A DNA stretch of 64,000 nt from Magnetococcales bacterium (lineage in GTDB: Bacteria; Pseudomonadota; Magnetococcia; Magnetococcales; DC0425bin3): the NCBI GenBank assembly GCA_015231175.1, contig JADGBZ010000001.1, forward strand, positions 18,407-82,406, written 5' to 3'. Of the stretch, positions 1-10,448 are shown in pieces. Within the stretch, counting starts at the first letter, position 1; each line of letters starts with the position of its first letter. The notes beneath the pieces are model-generated. The model was not told the DNA's origin. It worked only from the letters and a program-made list of their open reading frames with translations, and did no database searches. Made by a program: the position numbers and the translations under genes.

Positions 1-1501
1 TGGGCGTATCGCCTGAACTCTCGGTCAGGGTCGATACGAACGAACGGTCAATCTTGATGGTATTGACAGGGAATTGGCGCAAATAGGAGAGAGAGGAGTA
101 CCCCGTACCGAAGTCATCCACGGCGATGCTCAACCCCATGTTGCTCAACTCGCGCAAGGTGATGATCGACTCCTTGATGTCGGCCATCATCAGGCTTTCG
201 GTGATCTCCAGCTCCAGGTCAGTGGGTGCAAGCCCGGTTGTCTCAAGAACTTTCCTGATGGTGTTGTTCAACTGCCCCACCTGAAACTGCCGGGCGGAGA
301 GGTTGATGGCCACGCGGAGCGGTCCCAACCCGGCATCGATCCAGGCCTTGTTCTGACGGCAGGCTGTCTCCAAAACCCACTGCCCCATGGGCACGATCAG
401 GCCACTCTCCTCGGCAATGGCGATGAAATCACCGGGAGGAACCATGCCCATGCCGGGCTGATTCCAACGGATCAGGGCCTCCATGCCTGTCACGACGCCA
501 CTTCCGACATCGACCTTGGGTTGATAATGGACAACAAACTCCTGGTTTTCCAGCGCTTTTCGTAAACTGTTTTCCAGAATCAACCTTTTGGTGGCTTGCG
601 TCGCCATGGATGAGGTAAAAAACATAAAGTTGTTCTTGCCGGCCTGCTTGGCTCGGGTCAGGGCCAGATTGGCATTGCGAATCAACGTCGTGGCATCCGA
701 GCCATCCATGGGGAAAACCGACAGACCGACGCTGGCGGTCACAGTCAGCTCATGGCCCTTTGCCAGGATGGGGGGAAGCAGCACGGACTGCACTTTTTGG
801 GCGATGGTGATCGCGCTTTGCAATTGTCGGGCGTTGCGAAATATGATGGCGAACTCGTCGCCGCTCAACCGACCCAGAGTATCATCCTTGCGGATGACAC
901 TGCGCATACGTTCGGCCACCTGCTTCAAAACCCGATCCCCGATCTCGTGTCCCAGGCTTTCGTTGACTTTTTTAAAGGAGTCCAGGGAGAAAAAAAGCAG
1001 CACGACCTGCTCACCGGAGCGTTGGGCGTGATTCAGCACCTGCTCCAGACGGTCGGTGAACAGCAGGCGGTTGGGGAGGTCCGTGAGGTGGTCATGGTTG
1101 GCGCGGGTCCGGGATTCCGATCTCTCCCCGCCCATCAGGGAGGTATCCAGGCAAATGGCGACGATGTGCGTTATTTCGTTTCGGGCATCACGCAGGGCGA
1201 CGAGCGTCATGGACTCCTGGTAGGCAGCGCCACTCCGGCGCCGGTTCCAGATGACCCCGTGCCATTGACCCCGCATTTTGACCTCATCCAGGATGGCCAA
1301 AGGCGAGCAATCGAGTTCGTCAGGATTGCGAAACAGACGGGCCGGATGGCCGAGGATGGCGTCACGCGACTCCCCGGTCATGCTCGCATACCCCTCATTG
1401 ACGGCCAACACCGTCCCGCCGGGATCCATGACCAGTATCCCTTCCACGGTATGTGCGAAAAGCTGCTCAACGATGGCAAGAGGGAACAGGGTATGGATCA
1501 T
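1..1501 (-). CDS. PAS-GGDEF-EAL c-di-GMP signalling protein (C-terminus runs off the left edge)
   Basis: Absent from the ORF track because it has no stop in the window. My reverse translation from ATG (complement 1501) reads MIHTLFPLAIVEQLFAHTVEGILVMDPGG (PAS), LTDLPNRLLF...RLSGDEFAIIF (GGDEF), and EALIRW...ELEITES...DDFGTGYSSLSYL...IKIDRSF (EAL). Plus-strand ORFs 74..565, 588..1031 and 752..2308 are its antisense shadows. Confidence 0.9.
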   Translation of the reverse strand, partial: MIHTLFPLAIVEQLFAHTVEGILVMDPGGTVLAVNEGYASMTGESRDAILGHPARLFRNPDELDCSPLAILDEVKMRGQWHGVIWNRRRSGAAYQESMTLVALRDARNEITHIVAICLDTSLMGGERSESRTRANHDHLTDLPNRLLFTDRLEQVLNHAQRSGEQVVLLFFSLDSFKKVNESLGHEIGDRVLKQVAERMRSVIRKDDTLGRLSGDEFAIIFRNARQLQSAITIAQKVQSVLLPPILAKGHELTVTASVGLSVFPMDGSDATTLIRNANLALTRAKQAGKNNFMFFTSSMATQATKRLILENSLRKALENQEFVVHYQPKVDVGSGVVTGMEALIRWNQPGMGMVPPGDFIAIAEESGLIVPMGQWVLETACRQNKAWIDAGLGPLRVAINLSARQFQVGQLNNTIRKVLETTGLAPTDLELEITESLMMADIKESIITLRELSNMGLSIAVDDFGTGYSSLSYLRQFPVNTIKIDRSFVSTLTESSGDTP

Positions 1502-1558
1502 GCCTCGTGCCCAGGGAGTTTAAAAACGTGTCGAGTACGTCCGCGATTCTCGTGGATC

Positions 1559-3367
1559 CTAATCCTTTTTGTCCACAAACTCCATGGCGTCGTCAAATAT
1601 TCTAAAATTATTTTTTCCCCCCCGTTTGACTGCGTACATGGCAGTGTCGGCCTTGCGAATCAAGGTCTCCGGGTTGTCTTCGCGCAGGGCGTTGTAGCTG
1701 ATGCCGATGCTGACGCCGATTTGGCACTCCTTACCGAGCGGATAGAATGGTTTATGCAAAGCCTTGATGATTTTTCTGGCCACCCTGACGGCGCCGTCAG
1801 GCTTGGAAAGAACGGTCAGGATGACGGTGAATTCGTCGCCGCCCAACCGTGCCACGGTGTCGGATTCGCGCAGGCAGGCCTGCAAACGCCCGGTGACTTC
1901 AACCAACAAGGCATCGCCAACCTCATGACCGAGCGAGTCATTGACCTCTTTGAACCTGTCCAAATCGAGAAACATGACGGCCAGGTACGACCCCATGCGC
2001 CGGGCCCGGGTCAGGTCGTGGCCAAGCCGCTCCATGAAGAGTTTACGATTGGGGAGACCGGTCAAGGTGTCGTGGTTGGCGAGGTGGGCCAGACGATCCT
2101 CGACGGTCTTGCGCTCGATGACCCCGGCCAGGGTGTTGGCGATGGCCCAGAGAAAATCGGTCTCTTCGGGATCCCGGATGTGGTTGTGCGCCAGATACAT
2201 GTTGACCACCCCCAAGAGCTTGTCCTGGGAGAGAATGGGCACACAGTAATGACCGTGCGGCTTGATCCCGTCAAAGGTAACATCGTGCCGGTGATCCAGA
2301 TCGCTTGAGTAGACGATCTCCTGCGTCTGGGCCGCCCGACCGCAAAGACAAAATCCCAGGGGCAGGCGGGCGCAAGCGGTCAACAGAGGCTTGGAAAGAT
2401 TGCGCTCGACGGTCATCTCCAAGGTTTTGGTGCTGTCATCGTACAAGAATATGGAACCCTTGGCTTCGATGGTCAACCAGGGGACGGAGAGGATGACATC
2501 CAAGGCCCGTTCCAACTGCTCGTGGAGAGAGATGGGCTCCAGAGCGATTTGCAGGAGTTCGCTGATGGCGACACGGGACTGCTGGACGCGCTCGGCGGAA
2601 GCTTCATGATGTTTGCGCAGCGTGATATCCCGAATGACGGCAACGAAAAATTGCTCCCCTTCGGTGCGCCAACCGGAAAGGGACATCTCGACAGGAATTT
2701 CGTGACCATCTTTATGCAGGGCCAAAAATTCCAGGATTTTGCCGCCGATCAAGGCATTTTGGCTTGATTGGATCTCGTTGAACCGTTGGTGGAACGCCTC
2801 CCGAAACCGTTCCGGCATCAGCATCTCGATGGACTTGTGCAAAACATCCTGCTCCGAATATCCAAAAAGATCGGCGGCGCTCTGGTTCCAAAAGTTGACA
2901 AACCCCTGGTTGTCGCAGGAAACGATGGCGTCCCGGACAAAGAGCGGGAGCGAACGGCTTGCCTTCAACTGGCTGTCCAGACGGACATACGCCGCAGTCA
3001 GATCATCACAAAATTCATTGATTTCATTTAATTTTGCTGATCTTTTCTCCAAAAAAAGGAGCCCGGACAAGAAGGCTACTACGCCGCCGAACACCCCCAA
3101 GATACTGAGAAGATGCGCCGAGGAGGGGTCGATATGGAACTGGGCGGAGATGGAGACAACGACCAACAATGCTGCCACAAACAGGACAACGCCGCTCCAA
3201 AAGGAAATCCTGTGCCTTTCCCTTGACACCAACCGACTCTCTCCCACCATATCGCTCCCCTCGCTGCCAAGTTTGTGCAGAGAAACGGCAACCTTGTTTG
3301 ACCCCGCGTCACGATTCTTGACGCAACATTGACATTGTATCATTTTTGGAATTTTAGAATCCATCAT
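1559..3367 (-). CDS. Membrane-anchored PAS-GAF-GGDEF diguanylate cyclase
   Basis: 602-aa ORF. Two hydrophobic helices (FWSGVVLFVAALLVVVSI; LSILGVFGGVVAFLSGLLFL), a PAS-like segment (FVNFWNQSAADLFGYSEQDVL), a GAF-like middle region, and a C-terminal LTGLPNRKLF...RLGGDEFTVIL. Exact start uncertain. Confidence 0.88.
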   Translation of the reverse strand: MMDSKIPKMIQCQCCVKNRDAGSNKVAVSLHKLGSEGSDMVGESRLVSRERHRISFWSGVVLFVAALLVVVSISAQFHIDPSSAHLLSILGVFGGVVAFLSGLLFLEKRSAKLNEINEFCDDLTAAYVRLDSQLKASRSLPLFVRDAIVSCDNQGFVNFWNQSAADLFGYSEQDVLHKSIEMLMPERFREAFHQRFNEIQSSQNALIGGKILEFLALHKDGHEIPVEMSLSGWRTEGEQFFVAVIRDITLRKHHEASAERVQQSRVAISELLQIALEPISLHEQLERALDVILSVPWLTIEAKGSIFLYDDSTKTLEMTVERNLSKPLLTACARLPLGFCLCGRAAQTQEIVYSSDLDHRHDVTFDGIKPHGHYCVPILSQDKLLGVVNMYLAHNHIRDPEETDFLWAIANTLAGVIERKTVEDRLAHLANHDTLTGLPNRKLFMERLGHDLTRARRMGSYLAVMFLDLDRFKEVNDSLGHEVGDALLVEVTGRLQACLRESDTVARLGGDEFTVILTVLSKPDGAVRVARKIIKALHKPFYPLGKECQIGVSIGISYNALREDNPETLIRKADTAMYAVKRGGKNNFRIFDDAMEFVDKKD

Positions 3368-3555
3368 TATCTTATTATATTTTCATATATAAATATTTTA
3401 TGCGTGTACATCCTGGCGAGACGCACGGTTTTCCACGGCTTACCGGGAAAGGGAGGTGGTGCGGGACGACGTTGTACGTCGGTGTCAATGTTGGTAAGTT
3501 GCTCACATGGTTACCTCGCCTGTCACTTTGAGTTTTGTGATCGCGGAATGCGTAC

Positions 3556-4296
3556 ATGGAAGAAACGGTCGTTGTCATCCTGGATCGCCCCGCCCATCCG
3601 GGCAACATTGGCGCTTGTGCCCGGGCCATGGCCAACATGGGCTTGCACCGGTTGCGTCTTGTCAACCCGCGCGAGTTTCCCCACCCTGACGCCGTGGAGT
3701 TTGCCGTGGGCGCGGCCTGGATTTTGGAAGAGAGTCAGATTTTTTCCACATTGGATGCGGCCCTGGCCGATCGCAACTTTGTGGTGGCAACCACCAACCG
3801 CACCCGAGGTCAGCGCCAGGTGGTGGTGACGCCCCGAGAGTTGGGGGTGCGCCTCCCTGAGATCCTGGCCAGGCCCGAGACACGTGTGGGTCTGCTGTTC
3901 GGGACCGAGCGCACCGGACTGGAGACCAGGGACGTGGAGCGGGCCGACTGGATATGCAATATTCCGACCTCCGGCACGCATGGTTCCCTGAACCTGGCTC
4001 AGGCCGTGTTGATCCTGGGTTACGAGATCATGTTGGGACGTGACCGGGGTCACTCCTTCGCCGCTGACCTGACCAGCCAGACTCCTCGCGCAGGAGCGGA
4101 GGAGATGGAACACATGTTTCATCACCTGGAGCAGGCGTTGCGGGCTGTGGATTTTCTCAAACCCCAACAAAAAGGCCATCTGATGGGCAGCATCAAAGCC
4201 ATTTTTCACCGCGCTGCCATGGATCGTCGCGAAGTGGCCATCATGCGGGGCATCATCAACGAGATTGGACGCCCCCCCAGGGGGCAGGATCCCTGA
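3556..4296 (+). CDS. trmJ: SpoU/TrmH-class RNA 2'-O-methyltransferase (TrmJ-like)
   Basis: VVILDRPAHPGNIGACARAMANMG at the N-terminus and a SPOUT knot motif IPTSGTHGSLNLAQAV. ATG at 3556. Confidence 0.8.
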   Translation: MEETVVVILDRPAHPGNIGACARAMANMGLHRLRLVNPREFPHPDAVEFAVGAAWILEESQIFSTLDAALADRNFVVATTNRTRGQRQVVVTPRELGVRLPEILARPETRVGLLFGTERTGLETRDVERADWICNIPTSGTHGSLNLAQAVLILGYEIMLGRDRGHSFAADLTSQTPRAGAEEMEHMFHHLEQALRAVDFLKPQQKGHLMGSIKAIFHRAAMDRREVAIMRGIINEIGRPPRGQDP

Positions 4297-5048
4297 TGCA
4301 GGCGAGAATGCTGCGTATGGGCCAGGTTCCCAGGCATCTGGAAGAAGGGGTGAGCTTGGCGCCGGGCATGGAAGCGATCTTGTCCCGTTGGGCGCCGCGA
4401 CCGGGCGATATCCTGACCGTAGTCGATCCCGAGGGCACTCTGTATCGTGCGCGTTTTCTGGGACCGGGACAGGGTGTGCGGCCTTTCACCATCGTGCCGA
4501 CCACTCTGGAGCCCCGCCAACGCCGGCGGCTGGCACAGGCCATACCGGATCGTGAACGCATGCTCTGGGTGTTGCAAAAGGCTGTGGAACTGGGGGTCAC
4601 GGATATCCAGCCTGTTGTGTCCGAGCGTTCGTCGGCAACCTCGGGGGGTCCGTCGCATCACCAGGACAAAGCCAACACCTGGGTGCGCGTCGTTCGAAAG
4701 GCTGCCATCCAATGCCGGCGTGCGATTCTGCCCGAGCTGCTTCCCCCCACTCCACTGGCGGGTATGGCCGACACCCTTCTGCCCAACGAAGCTCTGTTGT
4801 GCATGGATGTCGTGGGTAAGCGGCAACCCCTTTTTGCCCTGGCGCCGGCTCTGGTAAACAGGCCCTTGACCCTTCTTGTAGGGCCGGAAGGGGGGTGGAG
4901 CGATCAAGAACGAAAATATATTCAGTCGTTTGGAGGCATCGTTGTCAGCGTGGGGAGCAGAGTGTTGCGCACCGAAACTGCCGGCATGGCGGCCTTGGCC
5001 GTGTTGGCGGCTGCCGATGGAACCTTTACTCCGGGAGAAGATTTGTAG
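4296..5048 (+). CDS. rsmE: 16S rRNA (uracil1498-N3)-methyltransferase RsmE
   Basis: 250-aa ORF with the RsmE C-terminal motifs LLVGPEGGWSDQE and RVLRTETAG. Its ATG overlaps the trmJ TGA by 1 nt. Confidence 0.8.
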   Translation: MQARMLRMGQVPRHLEEGVSLAPGMEAILSRWAPRPGDILTVVDPEGTLYRARFLGPGQGVRPFTIVPTTLEPRQRRRLAQAIPDRERMLWVLQKAVELGVTDIQPVVSERSSATSGGPSHHQDKANTWVRVVRKAAIQCRRAILPELLPPTPLAGMADTLLPNEALLCMDVVGKRQPLFALAPALVNRPLTLLVGPEGGWSDQERKYIQSFGGIVVSVGSRVLRTETAGMAALAVLAAADGTFTPGEDL

Positions 5049-5114
5049 AGTATGGCGGGATTTTGCAAGACAATGCTTTCAGCCAGGTGTCGGCGCAGGG
5101 TGAAGGAGGGAGTC

Positions 5115-6200
5115 ATGAGTTGGAGCAGCAATGGCGGCGGCGGCCCCCAGAGACCGTGGGGACAGGGCCCCAGGCCACCCCAGCCCCCTGATATGGAGAA
5201 AGTCTACCAAATGTTCCGGGAGAAATTTGGTGGCAGCATGGACGGAAAGCGCCTCTGGCCGATGGCCTTTGGGATCATCCTGGTCATTTGGTTGGCAACA
5301 GGAATCTATGTGGTGGGGCCTGATGAGGAGGGCGTTGTAACACGTTTTGGACGCTACATCGAGAGCACCAATCCGGGCCCGCACTACCATCTGCCCTATC
5401 CCATCGAAGATGTCTACAAACCCAAAGTCACCCAGGTGCGACGGATCGAAGTCGGTTACCGAACCCGGGGACGCTCCGCCGTGGATGTGGCCGTGGAGTC
5501 CCTGATGTTGACCGGCGATGAAAACATCATCGACATCGACATGAGCGTGCAGTACCGGATCCACAATGCCGCTGACCTGCTTTTCAATGTACGCAACCCT
5601 CCGCGTGACCCCAGCAATGTGGTGCGCAATGTGGCGGAGACAGCCATTCGGCAAGTGATCGGACGCAACAGCATCGACGAGGCCTTGACCATCGGCAAGG
5701 AACGGATCCAGGCCAACACCCTCTCCACCATGCAAAAAATCCTTGATGACTATAAAAGCGGCATCCTGATCGTGGCCGTGCAGTTGCAACAGGTCTCCCC
5801 GCCCGAAGAGGTCATCCACGCTTTCAAGGATGTCGCCAGCGCCCGGGAAGACCGGGTGCGCGCCATCAATGAGGCCGAGGGGTACGCCAACGATATCCTG
5901 CCCAAAGCGAAGGGCGAAGCCGCCAAACAGATCCAGGAGGCGGAAGCCTATAAAACCGCCAAGGTGGCGCGAGCCAAGGGTGACGCATTGCGTTTTCTCT
6001 CTCTGCTCAAGGAGTATGCTCGCGCTCCGGAGGTGACGACCTCCCGCCTTTACCTGGAAACCATGGAAGAGGTATTGACCAAGACCGACAAGGTGGTGGT
6101 CGACCCGCGGGCCGGGCAAGGTGTGTTGCCTTATCTTCCCCTGGACCGCCAAAAAGAGGGGATCCCCCCGCTGTTGCCCCGGAAGGGAGGTGAAGGATGA
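5115..6200 (+). CDS. hflK: FtsH protease modulator HflK
   Basis: SPFH/band-7 protein with a Gly/Pro-rich N-terminus (MSWSSNGGGGPQRPWGQGP), one TM helix, then VVGPDEEGVVTRFGRY. Start moved to ATG 5115, which follows the strong RBS GAAGGAGGGAG. The track start at 5052 is less likely. Confidence 0.9.
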   Translation: MSWSSNGGGGPQRPWGQGPRPPQPPDMEKVYQMFREKFGGSMDGKRLWPMAFGIILVIWLATGIYVVGPDEEGVVTRFGRYIESTNPGPHYHLPYPIEDVYKPKVTQVRRIEVGYRTRGRSAVDVAVESLMLTGDENIIDIDMSVQYRIHNAADLLFNVRNPPRDPSNVVRNVAETAIRQVIGRNSIDEALTIGKERIQANTLSTMQKILDDYKSGILIVAVQLQQVSPPEEVIHAFKDVASAREDRVRAINEAEGYANDILPKAKGEAAKQIQEAEAYKTAKVARAKGDALRFLSLLKEYARAPEVTTSRLYLETMEEVLTKTDKVVVDPRAGQGVLPYLPLDRQKEGIPPLLPRKGGEG

Positions 6201-7066
6201 ACAGGCGTGCCTCTGTCGGGATTGCCATCATCCTGATCGCGATTCTGGTTCTCATCTCCCAGGCTGTATTCACTGTCCACCAGGTAGAACAGGTGTTGGT
6301 GGTCCAGTTGGGTAAGCCGGTCCGTGCGGTGATCGAGCCGGGCATCCATTTCAAAATTCCTTTCATCCAGGAAACCTTCACTTTTGACAGGCGCTTGCTG
6401 GTTCTGGACCAGGAGTCCCAGGAGGTTCTCTCCTCGGACAAGAAGAATCTCAAGGTGGACAACTACGCCCAGTGGCGCATCGAAGATCCCCTGAAGTTCT
6501 ACCAGACGGTGCGCAACGAGGCTGGCGCGGAGTCCCGCTTGAATGACATCGTCTATTCCAATCTGCGTGAAGTTCTGGGGCAGTTTACCATGATGGAGAT
6601 CGTTTCGGGTGAACGGCTCAACCTGATGAAGCAGATTCGCGAACAGGCCAACATCCAGACCAAACAGTATGGTATCGGTCTGGTGGATGTGCGTATCAAA
6701 CGGACGGATCTCCCTGCGGAAAACTCCAAGGCCGTTTACCGCCGCATGCAGACCGAACGCGAACGGCAGGCCAAGCAGTATCGCGCCGAGGGAGAAGAGG
6801 AGGCTGTCAAGATACGTTCCCAGGCCAACCGGGAACGAGAGGTCATGCTTGCGGAAGCCTATGGAACAGCCCAAAAATTGCGTGGCGAGGGAGACGCCCT
6901 GGCTGCGGCCATCTACGGGGAGGCCTTCCAACAGGATCCGCGTTTTTACGAGTTTGTCCGCTCCCTGGAGACCTATCGCAAGGCTTTTGTGCAGGGGACG
7001 ACGTTGGTGCTGGAACCTGAGGGGCTGTTCCGGTATTTTAAGGGGCCCTCGCTCAACCCGAGGTAA
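6197..7066 (+). CDS. hflC: FtsH protease modulator HflC
   Basis: SPFH protein immediately after hflK with an ATGA start/stop overlap. N-terminal TM helix, then FTVHQVEQVLVVQLGKP. Confidence 0.9.
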   Translation: MNRRASVGIAIILIAILVLISQAVFTVHQVEQVLVVQLGKPVRAVIEPGIHFKIPFIQETFTFDRRLLVLDQESQEVLSSDKKNLKVDNYAQWRIEDPLKFYQTVRNEAGAESRLNDIVYSNLREVLGQFTMMEIVSGERLNLMKQIREQANIQTKQYGIGLVDVRIKRTDLPAENSKAVYRRMQTERERQAKQYRAEGEEEAVKIRSQANREREVMLAEAYGTAQKLRGEGDALAAAIYGEAFQQDPRFYEFVRSLETYRKAFVQGTTLVLEPEGLFRYFKGPSLNPR

Positions 7067-7083
7067 TACTGGACGCGATACCG

Positions 7084-7269
7084 GTGGATGATTTTTTGAC
7101 CGCAGTGGGCCTGATGCTGATTTTTGAGGGGATGCCCTATTTCATCTCGCCCCATACCATGCGCCGTTGGATCGAACAGATCTCTCTTTTGCCGGAAATG
7201 GCGCTACGCCGAACAGGGTTTGCACTCATGCTGATCGGCCTGTCTCTGGTTTACTGGGTGCGGCAATGA
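7084..7269 (+). CDS. DUF2065-family small membrane protein
   Basis: 61 aa, two hydrophobic helices (AVGLMLIFEGMPYF...GFALMLIGLSLVYW). Typical position just after hflKC. GTG start. Confidence 0.65.
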   Translation: MDDFLTAVGLMLIFEGMPYFISPHTMRRWIEQISLLPEMALRRTGFALMLIGLSLVYWVRQ

Positions 7270-7841
7270 CACAGGAAGCAGAGGATCAGGCGACGCGCCA
7301 TCCCGGGATGGACCTGGGGGAGATCGTGCTTGTCCTGGAAAAGATGGGCCGCAGACCGCGCCGGTTGCAAGGACATATCCCGGTGCATGGTCTGTCGTCT
7401 CTGGCGGAGTTGGCCCGGGTCGAATCTCCGGCCTGGGTGGATGTGCAAGCCGTGCGTGAGCAGGATCGTTTGCGTGTAACCGGCCACACGGGGGGTCGGG
7501 TCGGTTTGGATTGTGGCCGGTGTCTCAAGTCGTTTTCGTTGGAGCTGTCCGCAACCCTGGACCGGGAGTATGTCGCAGGTCAGGAGCTCCCGCCCAAAGG
7601 CGGCGAACTCGAAATTTCGGATGAGGTGGTCAATCTTGAAGATGGCGTTTTTTCGCTTCGCCGTATGGTCGAGGAGGAGTTGATCCTGGCGTTGCCTATG
7701 ACACATGTGTGCCGGGATGCGTGTGCCGGGCTCTGTGCCCAATGCGGAGCGGACCTGAACCTTGGGGCGTGTGGATGTCTTCCCCAGGTTGCCGAAACCC
7801 CCTTCGCCTTTTTGAAAAACCTGGGATCGTTCAATCCCTGA
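7266..7841 (+). CDS. yceD: YceD/DUF177 large-subunit rRNA accumulation protein
   Basis: C-terminal Cys cluster CRDACAGLCAQCGADLNLGACGC and the canonical position upstream of rpmF. Start trimmed to ATG 7266, which overlaps the DUF2065 stop (ATGA). The track start at 7167 overlaps the previous gene. Confidence 0.75.
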   Translation: MTQEAEDQATRHPGMDLGEIVLVLEKMGRRPRRLQGHIPVHGLSSLAELARVESPAWVDVQAVREQDRLRVTGHTGGRVGLDCGRCLKSFSLELSATLDREYVAGQELPPKGGELEISDEVVNLEDGVFSLRRMVEEELILALPMTHVCRDACAGLCAQCGADLNLGACGCLPQVAETPFAFLKNLGSFNP

Positions 7842-7885
7842 AATTCCGGATCAAAAATCCGGTCCACTGAAAGGAGTTTTCCGCC

Positions 7886-8065
7886 ATGGCGGTACCCAAG
7901 AAGAGAAAGTCGAAGTCGCGCGGTCGGCAGGGACGGTCACATGACGCCTTGCACTCGCCATCCCTCTCCACCTGCCCGAATTGCCAGGAACCACGCATGC
8001 CACACCGGGTGTGTGGCAAGTGCGGCTGGTACAACGGGCGTGATGTCCTGGAGTTGAAGGAGTAG
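7886..8065 (+). CDS. rpmF: 50S ribosomal protein L32
   Basis: Below the ORF-track size cutoff. My translation: MAVPKKRKSKSRGRQGRSHDALHSPSLSTCPNCQEPRMPHRVCGKCGWYNGRDVLELKE (59 aa). RBS AAAGGAG lies upstream. Confidence 0.92.
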   Translation: MAVPKKRKSKSRGRQGRSHDALHSPSLSTCPNCQEPRMPHRVCGKCGWYNGRDVLELKE

Positions 8066-8124
8066 CTTGGCGTGGGGAAACCTGCTCTGCGCCGCGATGA
8101 ACATCCGGGAAAAGTGATGTCATC

Positions 8125-9141
8125 GTGACCGTCAGGATTGCACTGGACGCCATGGGTGGGGATCATGCCCCGGCCATGGCCATCGACGGGGCCATCCGAT
8201 CGCGATCCGACAACAGCGACACGGAGTATGTTCTGGTGGGGCAAGAGGCGGCGATCCGGGCTGAATTGGCTCGCCACCGGGTCTCCGAGGATCGCATCGC
8301 GGTCCATCCTGCCTCCGAAGTCGTGGGCATGGGGGAAAAGCCTTCTGTTGCCCTACGCACCAAAAAGGACTCCTCCCTGCGGGTCGGGGCCAACCTGGTC
8401 AAGACCGGTGCGGTGGATGCCTTCGTTTCGGCTGGCAATACAGGCGCCTTGATGGCGACAGCCAAGTTTGTTCTCAAAACCCTTCCTGGTATCGACCGCC
8501 CGGCCATCGCCTCGTTGCTTCCCCGGGCCGGGGGAGAGACTCTCATGCTTGACCTGGGAGCCAACGTGGATTGTACGGTTGATCATTTGTGCCAATTCGC
8601 CCTGATGGGGAACGTCTATGCCCGGGAAGTTTTGGGTATCATCTCCCCCAAGGTGGGCCTGCTCAATATTGGCCAGGAGGAGATGAAGGGGAATGGCGTG
8701 GTGCGAGAAGCTGGCGAGAGACTGCGCCAACTCCTTCCCAACTACGTTGGCAATGTGGAAGGGACCGATATTTGTTTCGGTCAGGTCGATGTGATCGTTT
8801 GTGATGGTTTCGTGGGAAACGTCAGCCTCAAGTCGATCGAGGGGGTGGCGCAAATGTTGACTTTTTTTTTGAAAGAGGCCTTTGCACACTCCTGGTTGAC
8901 CAAATTGGGGTATCTGGCGGCGCGCCCGGCGTTGCGGCGCTTTCGCACCCGTGTGGATCATCGCAAATACAACGGCGCCATGCTGCTGGGGCTGAATGGT
9001 GTGGTGGTGAAAAGCCATGGCTCGGCGGATGCCTTTGCCTTTTCCCACGCCATTCAAGTCGCAATCGAGTTGGCGACACGCAAGGTGAATGAAAAAATTC
9101 GTACCGAGGTTGCCAAATTGTATGGGACGAGGGTCGTTTGA
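8125..9141 (+). CDS. plsX: Phosphate acyltransferase PlsX
   Basis: IALDAMGGDHAP near the N-terminus, 338 aa, in the canonical rpmF-plsX-fabH order. GTG start. Confidence 0.92.
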   Translation: MTVRIALDAMGGDHAPAMAIDGAIRSRSDNSDTEYVLVGQEAAIRAELARHRVSEDRIAVHPASEVVGMGEKPSVALRTKKDSSLRVGANLVKTGAVDAFVSAGNTGALMATAKFVLKTLPGIDRPAIASLLPRAGGETLMLDLGANVDCTVDHLCQFALMGNVYAREVLGIISPKVGLLNIGQEEMKGNGVVREAGERLRQLLPNYVGNVEGTDICFGQVDVIVCDGFVGNVSLKSIEGVAQMLTFFLKEAFAHSWLTKLGYLAARPALRRFRTRVDHRKYNGAMLLGLNGVVVKSHGSADAFAFSHAIQVAIELATRKVNEKIRTEVAKLYGTRVV

Positions 9142-10154
9142 TGAAATATCCTTTGGCTCGCATCACGGGAACCGGTTCCTGCCTGCCGGAAAGATGTCTC
9201 ACCAATGCTGAACTGTCCCGCATGGTGGATACCACCGAAGAGTGGATCTTTTCCCGCACCGGGATCAAGGAACGACGTATCGCCGCACCGGGTGAGTTGA
9301 CCTCTGATCTGGCTGTCCAGGCAGCCCGGCAAGCCCTGGCCGCTTCCGGTCTTGCAGCCGAACAATTGGACCTGATCATCGTGGCGACAACCACGGCAGA
9401 TCATGTCTTTCCGGCGACAGCCACCGTGGTGCAACACAAGCTTGGTATCACCAATCGGCATATTCCCGCTTTCGACATGCAAGCCGTGTGCGCGGGATTT
9501 ATCTACGGACTCTCTGTTGCGGAAAAGTATATTCTTTCCGGAAGCTGTCAGCGCGTCCTGCTGATTGGTGCCGAGGTCTTTTCCCGTCTCGTCGATTGGC
9601 GTGACCGTTCCACCTGCATCCTTTTCGGCGACGGAGCCGGGGCTGTGGTGTTGGAGGCCGTCAACGAAGGGGAACGCGGCCTTCTCTCCACCCACATTCA
9701 TGGCGACGGAACCTACCTGGATATGCTCAAAGGCCCACCCGGCATGGCCCAGTTGCCCATGAACCAAGGGGGTTGCGCCCCAGCCGAAGCCGTGCAACGT
9801 GACATTGGCTTCATGGAGATGCGTGGCAATGAAGTTTTCAAACACGCCGTCAAAGCCATGGGACAGGTGGCGGAAGATGCCCTGCAAGCCCATAGCCTGA
9901 CCGCTGATGATCTGACCTGGCTGATTCCCCACCAGGCCAACATACGCATCATACAAAGCATCACCAAACGGGTCGGCATCGACCCGAAACGGGTTGTGGT
10001 GACTTTGGAGCGACATGGCAACACCTCGGCAGCCAGTATTCCCCTGGCCCTGGATGAAGCCGTCCGCGACGGACGCATCAAGCCGGGGGATTTGGTGCTC
10101 CTGGATGGCTTCGGGGGCGGGTATGTCTGGGGAGCGGCCCTGATACGCTGGTGA
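9141..10154 (+). CDS. fabH: 3-oxoacyl-ACP synthase III (FabH)
   Basis: ITGTGSCLPERCLTNAEL...EWIFSRTGIKERRIA, active-site context MQAVCAGFIYGL, HQANIRII, and NTSAASIPLAL. ATG 9141 overlaps the plsX stop. Confidence 0.92.
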   Translation: MKYPLARITGTGSCLPERCLTNAELSRMVDTTEEWIFSRTGIKERRIAAPGELTSDLAVQAARQALAASGLAAEQLDLIIVATTTADHVFPATATVVQHKLGITNRHIPAFDMQAVCAGFIYGLSVAEKYILSGSCQRVLLIGAEVFSRLVDWRDRSTCILFGDGAGAVVLEAVNEGERGLLSTHIHGDGTYLDMLKGPPGMAQLPMNQGGCAPAEAVQRDIGFMEMRGNEVFKHAVKAMGQVAEDALQAHSLTADDLTWLIPHQANIRIIQSITKRVGIDPKRVVVTLERHGNTSAASIPLALDEAVRDGRIKPGDLVLLDGFGGGYVWGAALIRW

Positions 10155-10448
10155 TGTGACCCTGGATGGCAGCCCATTTATGCCTGCCCGGGGTGCAAAA
10201 CTTCTCTATATTGTCCCGATAATGGGGTTGTTGCGGTCAAAGTCAGACGCCTCGGTTATCAACCTGTTCGGGTTCGCGCCATCCCCTCCGCGCCTTAAAT
10301 AAAACCTATAGAATCATAAACCAAGAGAGTGGCTCTCCGGCAAACCCGGATAAGCGCCCATGAGGTTGGGGCGGCACTCTGCCCCATACCTTCGTGACAA
10401 ACCCAACTGTTCCTGATGATAAGAAATGCCATGATCCTACCTTTTTAC

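Noticed and set aside
752-2308. 518-aa plus-strand ORF, with 74..565, 588..1031 and 1278..1523
   Set aside because: This is an antisense shadow of two minus-strand GGDEF/EAL genes. The translation is Gly/Asp/Val/His-rich with no motifs, whereas the opposite strand gives textbook PAS/GGDEF/EAL motifs.
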